A stretch of 64,000 nucleotides of DNA, from the NCBI RefSeq assembly GCF_009914755.1, contig NC_060947.1. One strand, written 5' to 3'. Under the pieces are notes generated by a model that searched no databases, was not told the origin of the DNA, and saw only the letters and a list, made by a program, of their open reading frames with translations. Source of the stretch: the human T2T-CHM13v2.0 reference genome, Homo sapiens. How positions within the stretch are numbered: position 1 is the first letter of the stretch; the number at the start of each line of letters is the position of its first letter. Both the position numbers and the translations under genes were made by a program. Below, one piece after another: positions 1-17,225 of this stretch.

Positions 1-3000
1 AATTTGGATGTTAGTAATGGGAAATTTGAGTTCTCTGCGCAGACTGGCAGAACGTCTCGTTGGGACATGATCTGAGAGTAAAATTTTGCAGTATGGAAAA
101 TGACTATGCCTTCTGACTATACTTGTCAGAAGAAGGTAGCCTACAACTAGCCGAAAATGGTCAAACTAAGATTTATGGACCAAACAAATTAAAATACCAG
201 TAAAGGGCACTGAAATCCATTAAGTGACTTATCCAAGCTAATGCCAGACAAGACGGCAACCAAAGACTAAAAATAATTATGTTTAGTGCAAGCTCTTGGC
301 AAATAAGGAGACAATATATCTGCAGTTCAACAAAATCAATGGATTTTGAGTACCTGCATATGTTAGGCATTGTAATTGATAATAGGAATACAAAGATGAA
401 AATGTATTTTCCTATTTTTATTTCCCATAGTCTTCATTGGAAGACATTTGTATTTCCACCTTAAACTTTTATTTTTAAGTAGTGAAAGCAGAGGGACTCC
501 ATTATGTAGTAGAAAACACAATGGATGTTCTAGATTCAATTTGTGGAGTCAATCCGAGTCTTTTTTGGAGAAGAACAACAGAAATATTTTACATTTTTTG
601 CCAAGAAGTATAAAGTGCATATTTCAAATGGCTGTTATTGCAAGAAAGAGTGGATTAATCATATAAGTATTCAACAGGCACTTAAGGAGACCGATTGTGT
701 TCAGTTAAATAATTTCACTTCTATAGATGCCAAATCACTGGATTCTATAACACATGGTAAGACCAGCATGATTTGTTAAGTGACAGAGACAACTTGAAGA
801 GTGCAAAGAACATACCATTGTCAAAAGACTTGAGGTTTAGTATTTCTTCAGTCATTACTCAATCTTTAGGAACCTCAATTCATCTTCTTATAACATGGAT
901 ATAGTAATCTGTATATCTTGGGGCTTTGGTAGAAACCAAATGTAATTATATACATCAAAGAACATTGTAATCTGTAAAATATTATTCCTGAAAAGAATGC
1001 GCTTAATGAAGCATCATAATTGATTACATATGATTCTTCCTTATCCTTAATTTAACTTTCAAAATATCACTCAATTTGTCGTTCTCTTCTCAGCCCAAGG
1101 AATTAAATGGTGAATTTCAAATAACCTCTAATGGTCATCTATTTTCAAAGTAGAATTTATGATTCTGTGTGCCCAATTTTGTTTTCTTCCCACTATACCT
1201 GGGTGCCTATTGATACTAACCTAGTTTAAGCACTTATCACCTCGTATTTTTAAATCTTACAATCATATCCTTATCACTTCAATTTATCTAAGGTCTCTCT
1301 TTTCAAATCATCCAGCATGTAATCTTTAAAATGACTTTTCCGAAACATAATTTTTACAATATTACGGAAAATATTTGTTGTTTGAAGTCATACAGACAAA
1401 GCTAAGCCCTATGTCTTACTAGTTACAAGACCTTTCTTCTTATTCACTTCTCTGTGAATAATAGTGTCTGTCTCCTAGGGTTGAATTGAGAACAACCAAG
1501 TATATAGTTTGCACAGTATCTGGATTAGAGAAATGCTCCAATTGGACCTCTACCACCTAATCCTGACTCACTTTATAACTGAGTAGTTTATCGTCATCCA
1601 TGGGATAAGTATGAAAATACAAACTCCTTTGTGATTCCGTATACTCCAAAATGTTTCTAGTCTTCTCCATCACCGATTCTTTTCCTGCTGAAACCATTCG
1701 TTTGCTTATTTATTTATTTATTTATTTAATGGCGTACAACATAATGTTTTGATATATGTGTTTGTTGTGAAATGATTATATCAAGCTAATTAATCAAATC
1801 CTCTATTTCATCCAAACTGTTTTAATTTTCTGAAATCCCTATACTATTCACTTGGTCTCATGGCCTCTACAATATCTTGCCCTGTAATTATGTGAATCCT
1901 ATCAAGTATTCAAGTCTGAGCATTTGCTAACCTTTTTTAATAAACCTGACTACTTTCAACTCAAACTGCTACTTCTAAGTATCAAAAATATTTACTAGAT
2001 CCTTATCATTTATATTTTTGTTTATTTCCCTCTCTTCTTTCCTCCCTCCCCTTCTTCTGCCTTCCTTTCTGTCCTTCCATCTTTCTTACTTTCATTACAG
2101 ATTTCCTTTCAAAATGTATATCTTATACGCATATCTATGCTATACGTTCCTGAAGGGTAAAAAGAGTCTTTACATCTTTCCATGCACCTATGACGGAGAG
2201 ATAGGGACCAATCAATAGTTGTTAATTGTCTGTACTATGGGTTTAACAAAAACACATTAAAACTAATATATGTTAAAAGTTCCAGGCCTTAATTTAAGAA
2301 ACTTATTTATATTAATGCATGTAATCTGCCTGACAATCCTATAAAGATGGGCAGACTGAAGCTCAGCGACATTAGGTAATTTGCCCGAGGTCACACAGGT
2401 CTTAAATTTTATAAGCAGTATGAGAACCCAAGCACATTCCTGTCAAAGCATATGCTCTTAACTATAAAGGTACAGTGATGCTTTTGCAGTTTTGGAAAAG
2501 GATCCTTGTGACTCTGGGTAGCGTTTTCAAAAGATGGTTGCCTGTGTGTCTATACTCAAAATGCCAATAGTGATTATTATGAATTCATTTAGCAATGATT
2601 CATAGAGAACTATTCTAGGCACTGGGAATGATATGATAAACGCAGCAGAACAGGTGGTTAATTTTGTGAAGCTAGTTGGTGAGAGATGGACGCTGAGCAC
2701 ATAAATTAGAAAATATAAAGTAATGATCAGTTCTATAAATAAAATAAACCATGGATATGGATTGGATTAAGTTGAGTTTATACTTTGATTTGTGTGGTCA
2801 GTAAAGTCCTCTTTGGGTAAGTGACTTCTTACCTGAGACCTTATATTAGGAAAATAATTCTAGTTAGTATAAGCGCAAGGAGACTTATTAAAGGCAATTA
2901 GATGGCTTACTAGAAAATTAAACCTGGATGCTTCTTGGAAAGGATCAGAGTGCCAGGAGCCACACACCTTTCGTAAATATACCCAACCACACTAAGAAAC

Positions 3001-4016
3001 AACTTAGCACTGATACTTGTGGTTCCCAAGTTACCTCAGTTTCTTGAGATACTTGAAATGGAGAGATTATTAGAGTGATTTCAATTAAGATGGAAAGGGG
3101 GGTAAGTTGTGTTTTGCATGTAAAGCTTACTACAGAATTTCTCAACTGGTGGCAGAACAGGTTAATGAAATACCATGATACTGATCATCTCAGCCTTTAG
3201 GGTAGGACCCAGGGCAGCCCAAATTCTCACGTTCATTACCTTCAGCCTTGAGCAGCCCTGTTTCCTTCAGTCTTCCATGCCGTGGAAAAGACTGGGGACC
3301 ACTAGCCTATAGTATTGGCTTAAGAATGTGGGATAGAGAAGAATCAAAGATGAATTATGGGTTTTTAACTTGATTGACTTGTTGGCTCATGGTGCCACTT
3401 ACTAGTAAGGAAATAGGTAGGGCAGAGCAAGTTATAGAGGAAGGGGAATAAAAGGGATTTTTTTGTAAAGATGTGAGGTTTATGAAATTTAGTCTTTAAT
3501 ATGTAGATGTCAAATAGGTAGATGGCTACATAAAACGAGTTCAGGAGGGCAGTTCAATTTGGAGATCTACATTTCAGAGTTATTAGCATAAAGATGTAGT
3601 GTAGGAGCATGGGACTGAATGAAATTACTAAGGGAGAAAACAGAAAACAAAGAGAAATGATTTTAAGACTAAGGCCTTGTGCACATAAACATTTTGAAGT
3701 AGAACAGACTAATAGTGTGCTATATAGTGTATGTACAATATAGGAAGAGAATTCTTGATGTGATATATATTTTAAAAACTGGAAAACATACTGATTACAC
3801 AAAACTAATGCATTTCTACATGTGTAGTTGAAAGAAAAAACATAGTTGGGAATAATCCAGTAAATTATAAGGAGGACTGAACATGTTGGGGAAGAAAACT
3901 TTCATACTAGGACAAACTTTTTTTTAAGAAAAATAACTTTTTAAAAATGAAGCCTAAGAGAAGATATTATCAAAGCTTATAAAATCAAAAATTGTATGAA
4001 TAGGGTCAACCCATTC

Positions 4017-4206
4017 TTTTTTTAAATTATTATACTTTAAGTTCTAGGGTACATGTGGAACCAACCCAAATGTTCATCAGTGATAGACTGGATTAAGAAA
4101 ATGTGGCACATATACACCATGGAATACTATGCAGCCATAAAAAAGGATGAGTTCATGTCCTTTGTAGGGACATGGATGAAGCTGGAAACCATCATTCTCA
4201 GCAAAC
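4017..4206 (-). mobile_element. Short L1PA insertion with 5' inversion
   Basis: polyT + ttattatactttaagttctagggtacatgtg (L1 3' end, minus) joined to plus-strand L1 tggaaccaacccaaatg...ctcagcaaac; flanked by aacccattctt / aacacattctt. Confidence 0.88.
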
Positions 4207-5318
4207 ACATTCTTATTTACCAAAGTCAAAATACTAGAACTAGTGCTTTAAAGCACTCCCTGAGGCTTTAAAGAATTACTCTGAGGACAAAATGAAAGTA
4301 AATTCTGTTTTAACCAGTGGGTAGTAAACTTAAAAAACTCTTTACCATAAGCGGTAGAATGGGTTGAAAATATAAATAGTTTCAAGGTGGAGTTCATGGA
4401 CAATAGATACACAATAGGTTGTTTAAGGAAATGGAATATTTTAATGAGTGGTACATCTCCAATCTTTTAATTTTGATATCCTATTTTATAACCACTTTCT
4501 GTAAAAAAGATTATTTCAAGCCAGAGTTGGAATAGAAGGGATATAATCTGATATAATATGAATTTTTGTTCTGTTAGCAAACATTTTTAAAGTGAATGTT
4601 CTGAATAGATTCCAATTTTCTTAAAATAGTTATTATGCCTTATGAAGACCTGCAATATCCGTGTAAGAAGAGCAATGCTTTTTATATGTTGTAATAAGTA
4701 ATTTATTAGAACATTTATTCACAATGATGAATCACCTTAATTAATATGGTGAGGGCAAAATAATTTCTGCTATCAAATATCAGTATGTACTTGCAAAATT
4801 CTTATAAACTTCAGTTCATATGTCTGTTTTTCTTTAAAATATCCCTAATTACTGACCTAATTTTATTCATTTTGCCATTTAATTTATTTATAACGCCATT
4901 CTTTTCTTCTAATGCGTTCTCCTGTTTGAATAATCATGTTCTCTTTATTCTCTTTTTCGTCTTTCTACTGGTTGGGGAATTATATATTCTATATACATTT
5001 TCTGAGCCCTTATCCTTAAATTTATATCATTCATAATTAATGACATTCTAGTCTAAACATCGCAAGAGCAGTAGAATGTTTAAATTCTGATTTCCCTCCT
5101 ACCATATTTCATGTTATTGTTGCCTGATATTTTGCTCCTATACATTGTTACCCCTCCCATTAGTCATTTTTTATGGTAGTAAAATATTTATAATACTATT
5201 TTCTTCTTATGAGTTCTGATTCTTCTTTCTGGTTCAAATTTCCTCCTTCCCCATGTACACATGTTAACAAGTACCTTTGTAAATCTATATTTCATTCTTA
5301 CCCTTGAATAACAGTTCA

Positions 5319-5627
<309 letters not shown>

Positions 5628-6612
5628 TCAGCAAGGCATTGTATTCTATATATAATATTCTTTGTGTAATTATCTTTTGAGGATAATGCATCTTTTCTTT
5701 TTGCTGCTCTTAAGATTTTGTCTTTCATGTTCTGTATTTCCATAACTATGTGTTCTGAGTATTTATACATTGGAACTTGGTATGCATCTTCAAGTGAGGA
5801 CTCTTGTGTTTCTATGATTCTGGAACATTGTCTACCATTATCATTTCAAATATTGTTTCCCAGATTCTCTCTAGTCACTTTTTCTCTGATTCCACTGTAT
5901 GTGCATTGAATATTCTCCTTTCATACTACCACGTATTTTAATTTCTCTTTACATATCTTCTAATTCACTAATTCTCTAGTTCAATCTAATCTATGGTTCA
6001 TCACATATTTTGAGAGCTTTGCTAAATTCCTTAATTTGTTTTTGGAATTTATGTTTGGTTATTTTCAAATATATGTGTTTTATATGTCCTCTTTTTGTTT
6101 TCTATTTTCTATTTTTATTTCTCTGGCCATTTGAATCATATACACATCATGAATAAAAAGAAAAACAAATTGTTCTATTAGTAATAGTTTTATTTTGCTG
6201 TCCGTAAAATCAAAATACGATGAGAAGCCATATGACAGTAAGATGGAAAAAACATAGGGAAGAATGAGAAAATTTAAAAAATAGAGTAAGTGGATGGATT
6301 TGAAGTAGCACCTTATTTCTCTTTCTTGCATTTGGGTTTGCCCATTTTTAAAAACAATCCCCATCCCTTTTACCACAGTATTTCCATGTGTTTGGAAAAA
6401 AAGAGGAAAGGTTTTTGTGGGTATATGGTGAAGGAGTACTCCTACAATTTCTTAGGACTGTATGTTCAACAAAATTTGTTTTTAAATTTGATGGAACAAA
6501 CCTTTTCACAAAATAATATTAATATAAATATAAAATGACTGATTCATGAATTACCAACAAACAACTTGAATTTACAAAATAAACCTTCAAATGTATTTTT
6601 CCCTTGAATAGT

Positions 6613-8199
<1,587 letters not shown>

Positions 8200-10285
8200 T
8201 CTACATTGTATCTTGATGGCAGTATAACTATTATTTTTTAAATTTTTGGATTTTTAGGCATCTTATGTATTATACAATGCCTTTACTTAAAAGTGGAAAA
8301 ATAAGGTGAACATATTTTGTGACTTGTCCCAGGTACCATTGTTTATAAATAGCACTAAAACTAAAATGACTGAATTAGTCACTCCTTGTTTTTGTCATTG
8401 CTCTAAGTATGTGTTTTCTTCCATTTATAGTATGAGATAACTCAGCCATTTTCATTAAATGTCAGAAAAAATTTTATATAGATCTTTACACAGCATGCTA
8501 ATTTTAATAGTTATATTTATATCATATTTGGAGTATTAGCTTTCATCATAGTCCTTTGTTATGTTACTCATATTTTTCTTGATACTGAATGATGGAATGA
8601 GTCATTTCTATACACTTAGTATTAACCTTTCAGTAGTTAAAGAAGTGGCATTTATTTTTAGGACCCACACAACTGTTTCTGAACTTGTAAGGAAAAGCCA
8701 TACATTTTTTCTTTAGTTCAAATAACTTTACATCCTAATATGTATATTTGGTTGATAAGTATATTGATTAGGACAAATCAGTTTGGAAATAGTTATATAT
8801 GTAAGAGGATACTTATCAGGAAGTGAGCCAAAAATGTTTGTCAGTAGTACTGGTTAAATATTGAAATTATATTTCTTAATTTGTCAGTCTGTAAGTGTGA
8901 GCACAATGTCTTAGCACTTGGGATAATTTAGAAGCAACTCTGGCTCTAGATTACCTAGCGGATTTCTCAACGCTGGCTGTAGACTTTAATTCAACCGTGA
9001 TTCTGTATTACGTTATATAATAGGACACTATTTCCACAGGCCTATGAATTTTTTATAAATTTGGAATCTTCACTTTTTCATTGTTTTTATTTTACCTACT
9101 TAATCTTTTTTGTAGTATGTTTTATTCTCCCAGAGGTCTTTTGACTCTTAAATATTTATAGAGCTTTTGCACTACCTCAGAATATCATTAGCAATATGAT
9201 AGCTGTTACTTCTGAATACTTTTCTTTTTAACTTTCTTTTAATAATCTTCCATAAAAGTCTTCTTTGCATGTATGTTTAATCTATTAATTAACTTCTAGA
9301 GTCTGCTACTTAAATAGGTGCTATCTTTCTTCTGTCCAAACTTGTATAGTAATTAAAACCAGCAGTGTGTAGTAGAAGACATTTTGCATACCATCAATTT
9401 CCGAAAAATTTCCAAATATTATGGTTTCTAGTCATATGTCTACAAGTTTATGTTTTGTAATTAAATTCTTCCCTTAAAATGTTTATGTAAAAAAAGTTGG
9501 TCTTTCCTTTTTTAGTCATAAATATTTGATTTCCAGTTTTTCATAAGTAATATATACATTTATTTCTACTTCAGCAGATACTCCATTATAATCAATGTTG
9601 CTACAGCAGTAGATAAAATACAAGCTCCATGAGAGCAGAGATCATGTCAGTCTTCGGTAGTTGCTGCAAAACCAGTTTTGAGTAACTATCTTTGACAAAT
9701 AAATGAAAGAATAAGTTTGATTTCAATGTACATCTTCAAAATAATATCTAAATGAAATTCATCTGTGCAGGCCTAACCCTGTTTGAGTCCAGCTGCAAAT
9801 GTACAAGTGGTTTTTTTTTGGTATAGTAGAGTGGAAAGGGTGAAAGCTTTCAAGCTAGGCAAGTCTTGTTTCAAATCCTAGTGTTGCTGTGTAATCGCTG
9901 TGTGACCTTAGGTATATCCCTTAACTTCTCTAAGCCAAAGTTTCTTAATAGAAAACTTGTGATGGTTTTAACAATTATGAAAAATTGCATTGCTGAAAGA
10001 AGATGCTCAGTATATATCATTGTATTTTACACTGTGAGATAATGGGATCCACATAAACTGGCATGCACATTTTTAAAATAACTTTTATTTTTAAAAAATG
10101 GGCTTTAGAAATTGTTCAATTACCTAATGTTCTAATGCATTTTTAACATTCTCTCCATTTTCTTTTATTTCTGCTATTTTTATTTCCATATTCCAGTTTA
10201 TTTGCGCAACTTATGTCTGAAGCATAAGCAAAGATTCTTCCCCAGCTTCTCCTCTTATTTTACATCTTCAGTTCTACAATAATAC

Positions 10286-10760
10286 TGTATTAGTCAGGGA
10301 TTGGTCACAAAAAGACGAGCTGCTCTATAGATTTCAAGCAGTGAAGAGATTTAATACAAAGAATTAAGTGCTTTACTGAACCCCTGGAAAGGCTGGGAGA
10401 ATAGGATTCAGGTGACGATGCCACTAGCTCTCCACTTAGCTACAATGTTCAGAAAATGAGCAAATTGTGCAGACCACAGGAAACCACTAGCAGTTTTCAC
10501 TACTGCTTGTGTTATCAAAGCAGGTGATGTTTAGGAAGTACCCAGTGGCCACTGTAAAATTCTCATGTCTGCAGAAATCCAAACCTCTGCTTCTCACCCC
10601 CAGGGGAAGCCCTAATAAATTTTCAGCCTCTCCTTAGCTTGCAAATCTGGTACAAGGTTTGGGAAAAGGTGATTGATGCCCAGGCTTCCAGCCCCTATGA
10701 TAACAGAGGAGAGCATGGCAGGTGGAATGATACTGAGATGCCAACAGAGAAGCTGGTACA
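10286..10760 (-). mobile_element. Old LTR (MaLR/ERVL-like) remnant
   Basis: Begins tgtattagtcaggg, a typical LTR terminus; interior highly diverged. Confidence 0.45.
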
Positions 10761-10993
10761 GCTTCACCTGTATATGACTGTTCATTTTCATTCCAATTTC
10801 AGGCATACTCTCTATTTTCAGTTCTGATCCCTATGCCTCCTATTATTGCAATAATTATTACTTAATAAATAAATGGCTCCAATTGCAGAAAGAGGTTTAC
10901 TTATGTTTAGCATACATACTACTCTCTCTTAGGCATCTTTATATTTCATTTATCTCAGAAACTTATCCTTTTTACAAACAAGTCTGTAGACTA

Positions 10994-11214
10994 TAGGTAG
11001 GCAAACTATGACGCAGAAACGAAGTCCCCGAGGCTGCCTATTTGTGCAGATAAAGCTTACCTGGAAAGCAGCAACACCCATTTGTTTCCACATTGTTAGT
11101 GGCTGCTTTCACACCACCACAGCAGCATGGAATATTTGCAACAGAGGCCATATGGCACACAAAGCCTAAAGTATTTACCATCTGGCCCTTTATAGAAAAA
11201 AGTTGCTGACCCCT
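10994..11214 (-). mobile_element. MER58A (hAT-Charlie)
   Basis: ggcaaactatg...ggctgctttcac...ctggccctttatagaaaaaagttgctgacccct. Confidence 0.8.
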
Positions 11215-12872
11215 ACTATGGATATTATGTAAAGAAAGGAACTACTACAGGTAGATTTTTCTCACGTGCTTGCCTATTGAATTTCTTTCATAATTGATTT
11301 AATGAATATAGGCTTTTTATCTTATGGGAAAATATCATCATACTGCACGTACTTGTGTGGGACTCTGTCAGTGATCTTAAAAATAAAAATGTCATGCACC
11401 CAAGAGAAAAGTATTCATTCAACCAAGCCAATGAATAGGTTCCGAATCTTCCTCCTGCACTAGGCATTGTGATTTCACCTACATTTCCAAACATCTGATT
11501 TTTAATAATGCATCGTATAATCTTGATTCTCACATGCTTCACAGGACAGCCGAATTCTTTTTCAAAACTTATAGTCACTGTTGAGTCATACCAATGATCT
11601 TTGCTTTCTAGTAGCTTCCATATCTTAATAACATTTTTAAAATATGATACAATAGTAGGTCTATTTTACTCCCAGTAATTAGGCCTTGAATCTTATTAGC
11701 AACTTGATCATGCTGGTCACTATTGAGCCATGAAGGCAATTTATGAAATAAAAGGCTTTTCATTCTTTGCCAACCAATGATTCACCCACATCTTTTCCCC
11801 TATCCTCCTGTATCTTTTGTATTTTTTTCTGCTGTGAAGTCATTTTTTTAAGACGGGAAGGCTGGCAGGGAGGGAAGGAAGGAGGGAGGGAGAGAGAGAG
11901 AGAGAGAGAGACAGAGAAAGAGAGAACGAGAACACACCCTAAAAGGTTTTCTTATTAACTATTCTCAAGTATTATTTCTTATCAGCTATCATCAGCTATT
12001 TCTTCTTCAGCATCATCTTCAGGTATTTTTTTTTAATCTTGTAAAACAGAACACTTTTTTCTCACACATTGTAACTTCTCCCGAGGTAGTCCTTTATTCT
12101 TGTATGACCTCCTCCTTTGCTCATCACCTTGGGTCTTATTCTGCATACTTCTCTCACTTGCTCTTTGATTTCTACTCTTCTTGCTCCAATTCTTACAATT
12201 TCTTAACCTCTATTTTAAAAAATCTTTTCTCTTCATCATTAAATGCTTTTACAGATGGAAACATTCATTTTGTTCTTTAAGGCATTTCAATATTTTTCTT
12301 CCCTTGAGTACATTTCTTATGCCATTTTAACTTGCTCCTTTACCATCTGAAATCTTGAAAGGGGAATAGTTCATTCTTCCTCTTGAATATATATTTTCAT
12401 TGAATTTTCTTCCTGTTAAACAAGAATTTATGCCTGTCAATGCTTTTGATAAAAATACCAATTTTTTTGAGAAATTAATTTAACTGTAACCAAGATGTGG
12501 GCTTTCAGTTTGTATTCTACCATGTCTATGTTCACCTGCACATAAATCTATTAATTCTGGGGACCATTCCCATCCATCTCTGTTTTTATTATAATTCTGA
12601 TAGCAAGCATCTAAATATACAATCTCAAATTCTATATTCTTACCAGTGTATGTAAGTGTATGTATTGTGTGCATGTATTGTGTAAGTGTATGTATTGTGA
12701 CCACGGATAACTTCCAGTTACTTCCAACATTTTCATCTTTTTCTGGAACAACGTTGGAAATCCCTTTCAAGACAGAAAATTCCTTCGTGAATGAAGCACG
12801 GATATAAAATGCTTCCCCTCTTTGTTTCTTTGGATGTAGGGTAGCTACATATATAAATGTGATAGGCCCTAA

Positions 12873-13506
<634 letters not shown>

Positions 13507-13765
13507 AATATTAGAAAACATACATAGTTCCTTCATTTGTAACACATCTCTCCCTATCACATTAAGCTCTCTTCTTTGTATGAAGAGTGTGTAAATTTGA
13601 TTCATTTCATGTCGGAATCCATGGGTTGTACTTCTAAACTTTAGTGGTAATTTACACTTTGTATTATGTACTCCTATTTCTGATTTCATTTTTTCCCATT
13701 GTTTGTCATTTAATTCAGCCAAATTTTCTTTTCTTGCATTCTCCTATTCTATGTATTCCTTAGAT

Positions 13766-13937
13766 CAGTGGTTCTCAAATTTTAATGAGCATCAAAATTA
13801 CTTGGAGGGTTTGCTGAACACATATTGAAGGGCTTACCCTGAGAATTTCTGATTCAGAGAGTCTAGGATTTGGCCGAGTAATTTGCACTTCTGTTATTGC
13901 TACTCGTTCTGGGGGCTCCTACCCTAAGAACCACTGC
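13766..13937. mobile_element. MER5A-like DNA element
   Basis: Terminal inverted repeats cagtggttct ... agaaccactg; tttctgattcag core. Confidence 0.8.
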
Positions 13938-16924
13938 CTAGGGAAGGCTTCTACCTCTCTTTGCCCACTTTTCTATGCACAGAGCTATTTTTTATACACC
14001 CTGCTTCAGTATTTTCTATACAGCTTATTTATTTCTTCCTCTATTTATTTAATCATTATGTATTTCCCCCATAACTTGAAATCCATCTCTCTTAACTCTA
14101 CCTGTCTCCCCATACCCTTTCTGTCTGTGTTCTCTCTTTTCCCTTGCTTCTCCAGGAGACTTTCAAGATTTCATTTTTACAGACGTTTCTTGTTCTGTTT
14201 CCTTTTGCTCTTGCATGCTGGCTCTTGAAGATGGCCCAACTATGCCTTCCTTCCTTTCACTATAATGTGTCCTTGGCATTTAATTTTTATTTTACTAGTG
14301 GCTCTCTTCTCAGTAGGCACTGTGGTATCACTGCACTCCAGACTGAAACCACATTTCCTAACTGTGTCCTATACTTAAGTGACCTGGGAAGTGACAGTTA
14401 TATCATGTCTTTAGCTGTCTTCTGTGTAGAAGCAATAATATTTCTCTGTAACTTACTGAGAATCTCTCAGCAGGTGGTCAGCACGCTCACCATTTTGTCA
14501 CCTCTCTTGTTAAAAATTGCTTTTTGCAGCTCAATTCTCCAAATGTCCCAACCTCTACTGGACTGGCTCATACTTAATCACTTTTTCAAAACGGTGTCAC
14601 AGTATGTTTATTTTGTTTCTAAAGCTTTGACTCTTTTCCTTCTTGTACAGTCTCAAAATAAGTTTCCATTTTTCTGTTTAATTGGAACTTACATCAAACT
14701 TCTTACTTCCCAGCATTTGAACTGCTGCATGATGTGTACCCTGGATCCATTCCAAATTGAATTAATAAGCAGACCTCAATTTTATCTCTTGCTAGACTGT
14801 AACTCTCATCCCCTGTTAAGCAACTCTTCAGTAACAGCCTAGTATTGTTAAAGGGGGGGCCTCTTGAGTTAGAACAACCCTTTTCACATTCCACCTCTGC
14901 TTCTCATTTTTCTCACCTACACAATGGGCTAATATTAGCATCTATCTTATAGAATCATTGAGAAGAACAAATGAAAGAAGGTACTTTGCACAATGCCTGG
15001 ATTATGGTAAATCTTAAATCTTGGCCTTTACTAATGTTGCTATATTAATCACAGTTTCCCATGAAGGAAGTTATTTCTTTCTTTATCCTTCAATTTCTTT
15101 ACCTTGCAGTAGATGCAAAAAATTTGCAATAAATATTTTCCAGATCTTTATTCTACTTCTCTACTAGCTTTTGCCTTTTCCTCTAAGTTGCCTATCCCAA
15201 CTTTGAAAGTCTTTACCTCTGTTTCTCATTTGCAGTTGAACACTGACACAAAACAAGAGAAAACAACAAGCGAATAAGAACACAAACACAACATCATCTC
15301 AGCACTTTCTCTCACTGTGCCAAATGTTCTTAAAGGTTTGTTAGTTTTTTATCAAATCACAGCTTGATTTATTTCCAGCCTGTGCTCCACACCAGTTGAC
15401 TACTGTTATCTTTGTAGTAACCAAGCAAAACAAGTAGGGCAGGAACTACTGTGCCTCTTGTGCAGACTTGGAAAGTGAGGCCACAATGACAGATGTGACT
15501 TAGCAAGGATGGTGCAGCCATGTAGTGTAAACAGGGCTGCTGTTCTAGGCTGTGAAGGTGGTGCACCGCAGCAGGACACCACAGTTAAAGGGATACCTCC
15601 ACCTTGAAGACATCACTGATTTGTTTTTTATAGTAAGGCAGTTTCCAGCACTGTCATGGAGAGAGGCTCCTATTTCCAATTTGCCCAAAGGTGCTATGTG
15701 GGCTCTCATTAGCCAAGAAAACTCAACTCAACACATGTGCTCTGCTTTATAGCTTATTTACTCTTTAGTCGACGTTCCATACAACATAGATTACTATGTT
15801 TCCTTTTCTAATTCATTTTATCCTGTTATTTTCTTTATCACTCTCCCCCTCTACCCTGCAACAACCCATTTACTTTTCACTTTACTATATAGGAAAAGTA
15901 AGCATTAAAATTCAGTTGGACGATAAGGTGAAAGCATGTAAAGCTGTTGAAAAGCCAGGTGACCATTATTACATGTGACTACATTCTAGACTAAGTGGGA
16001 TGACTAATATATTTTAAATGGGAAGAAATAATTTAGATAGCTTTATTTGCTAATGTGAGATAAATAGATTAAAGTTGAAAGCCACTCAGGCTATTGCAAA
16101 TATTATAGCAGGAGACCATAAGACCCTGAGTAGGCATACCACAAAGTAATAATGTAGATGATTGGCTTTGGATAAGAGGCCCAGTGAGGAAGCTAATTGC
16201 AGAAGCTTGTAGTTGATTAGTTATAAGATGACAAGGGGAATAAAAGCAAGAGTTTCTGAGTCTAGATAACCAGGATGATGATGGTGCCATAGAGAGAAAT
16301 GGAAAAATACAGAGAAAGAACAGATTTCAGAGGAAGAAAATATTTTATTTGAAGAGAGGAGTGGTGTTCTGGTAAAAATGTCCTCTAGGTGATAGAAAAA
16401 TGTGACAGGAAATTAGAGGTAAATTAGAGGTGGAGAAAAACATTACATGTAGTTGAATAGAGCTACTTTTGAAAGATATCAAAGGTATTCAGTTCTCAAT
16501 GGCCAAAAGAGGGAAGCTGCCATTGTTAAGGTTCCACAGCGTAGGGGATCTCCTGCAGGTAAGAAATAGAAGAAGGATGAAGAGCAAGCACATGATTTAG
16601 AGACAGAGGTTCTCAAGAAAAAAAGGGATGCTCAGCATTGTAGAATGCTTCTTATAAATTAAAATGAAGACTGGTAAAACCTATTCTTTTTTTCTGGTGA
16701 TTTGTTACAATTTAAAAAAATTGTATCTTCCTTTTACTATCAGTGAAAATTCCCATGATAGCTTCCCATTTTGGAGGCACCCACCAAAAATGTCCTTTTA
16801 TATATCTCCTTCAGTCTTAGATTTCCAAATTCCCTTTTTCTGTAACCTGACCTCTTTCTATGAAATACAAAAGTTTGATTTAAAAGATGCCTTTCACACT
16901 CCATAAAATAGTATACATTGTCCT

Positions 16925-17225
<301 letters not shown>

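Noticed and set aside
4053-4271. ORF and sequence nearly identical to 22866-23017
   Set aside because: Both are the same L1PA region from separate insertions, not a local duplication or gene.
14144-14842. Longest ORF in the track (232 aa)
   Set aside because: Non-ATG start, Leu/Phe/Ser-rich composition typical of pyrimidine-rich intron or L2 remnant, no recognisable domain.
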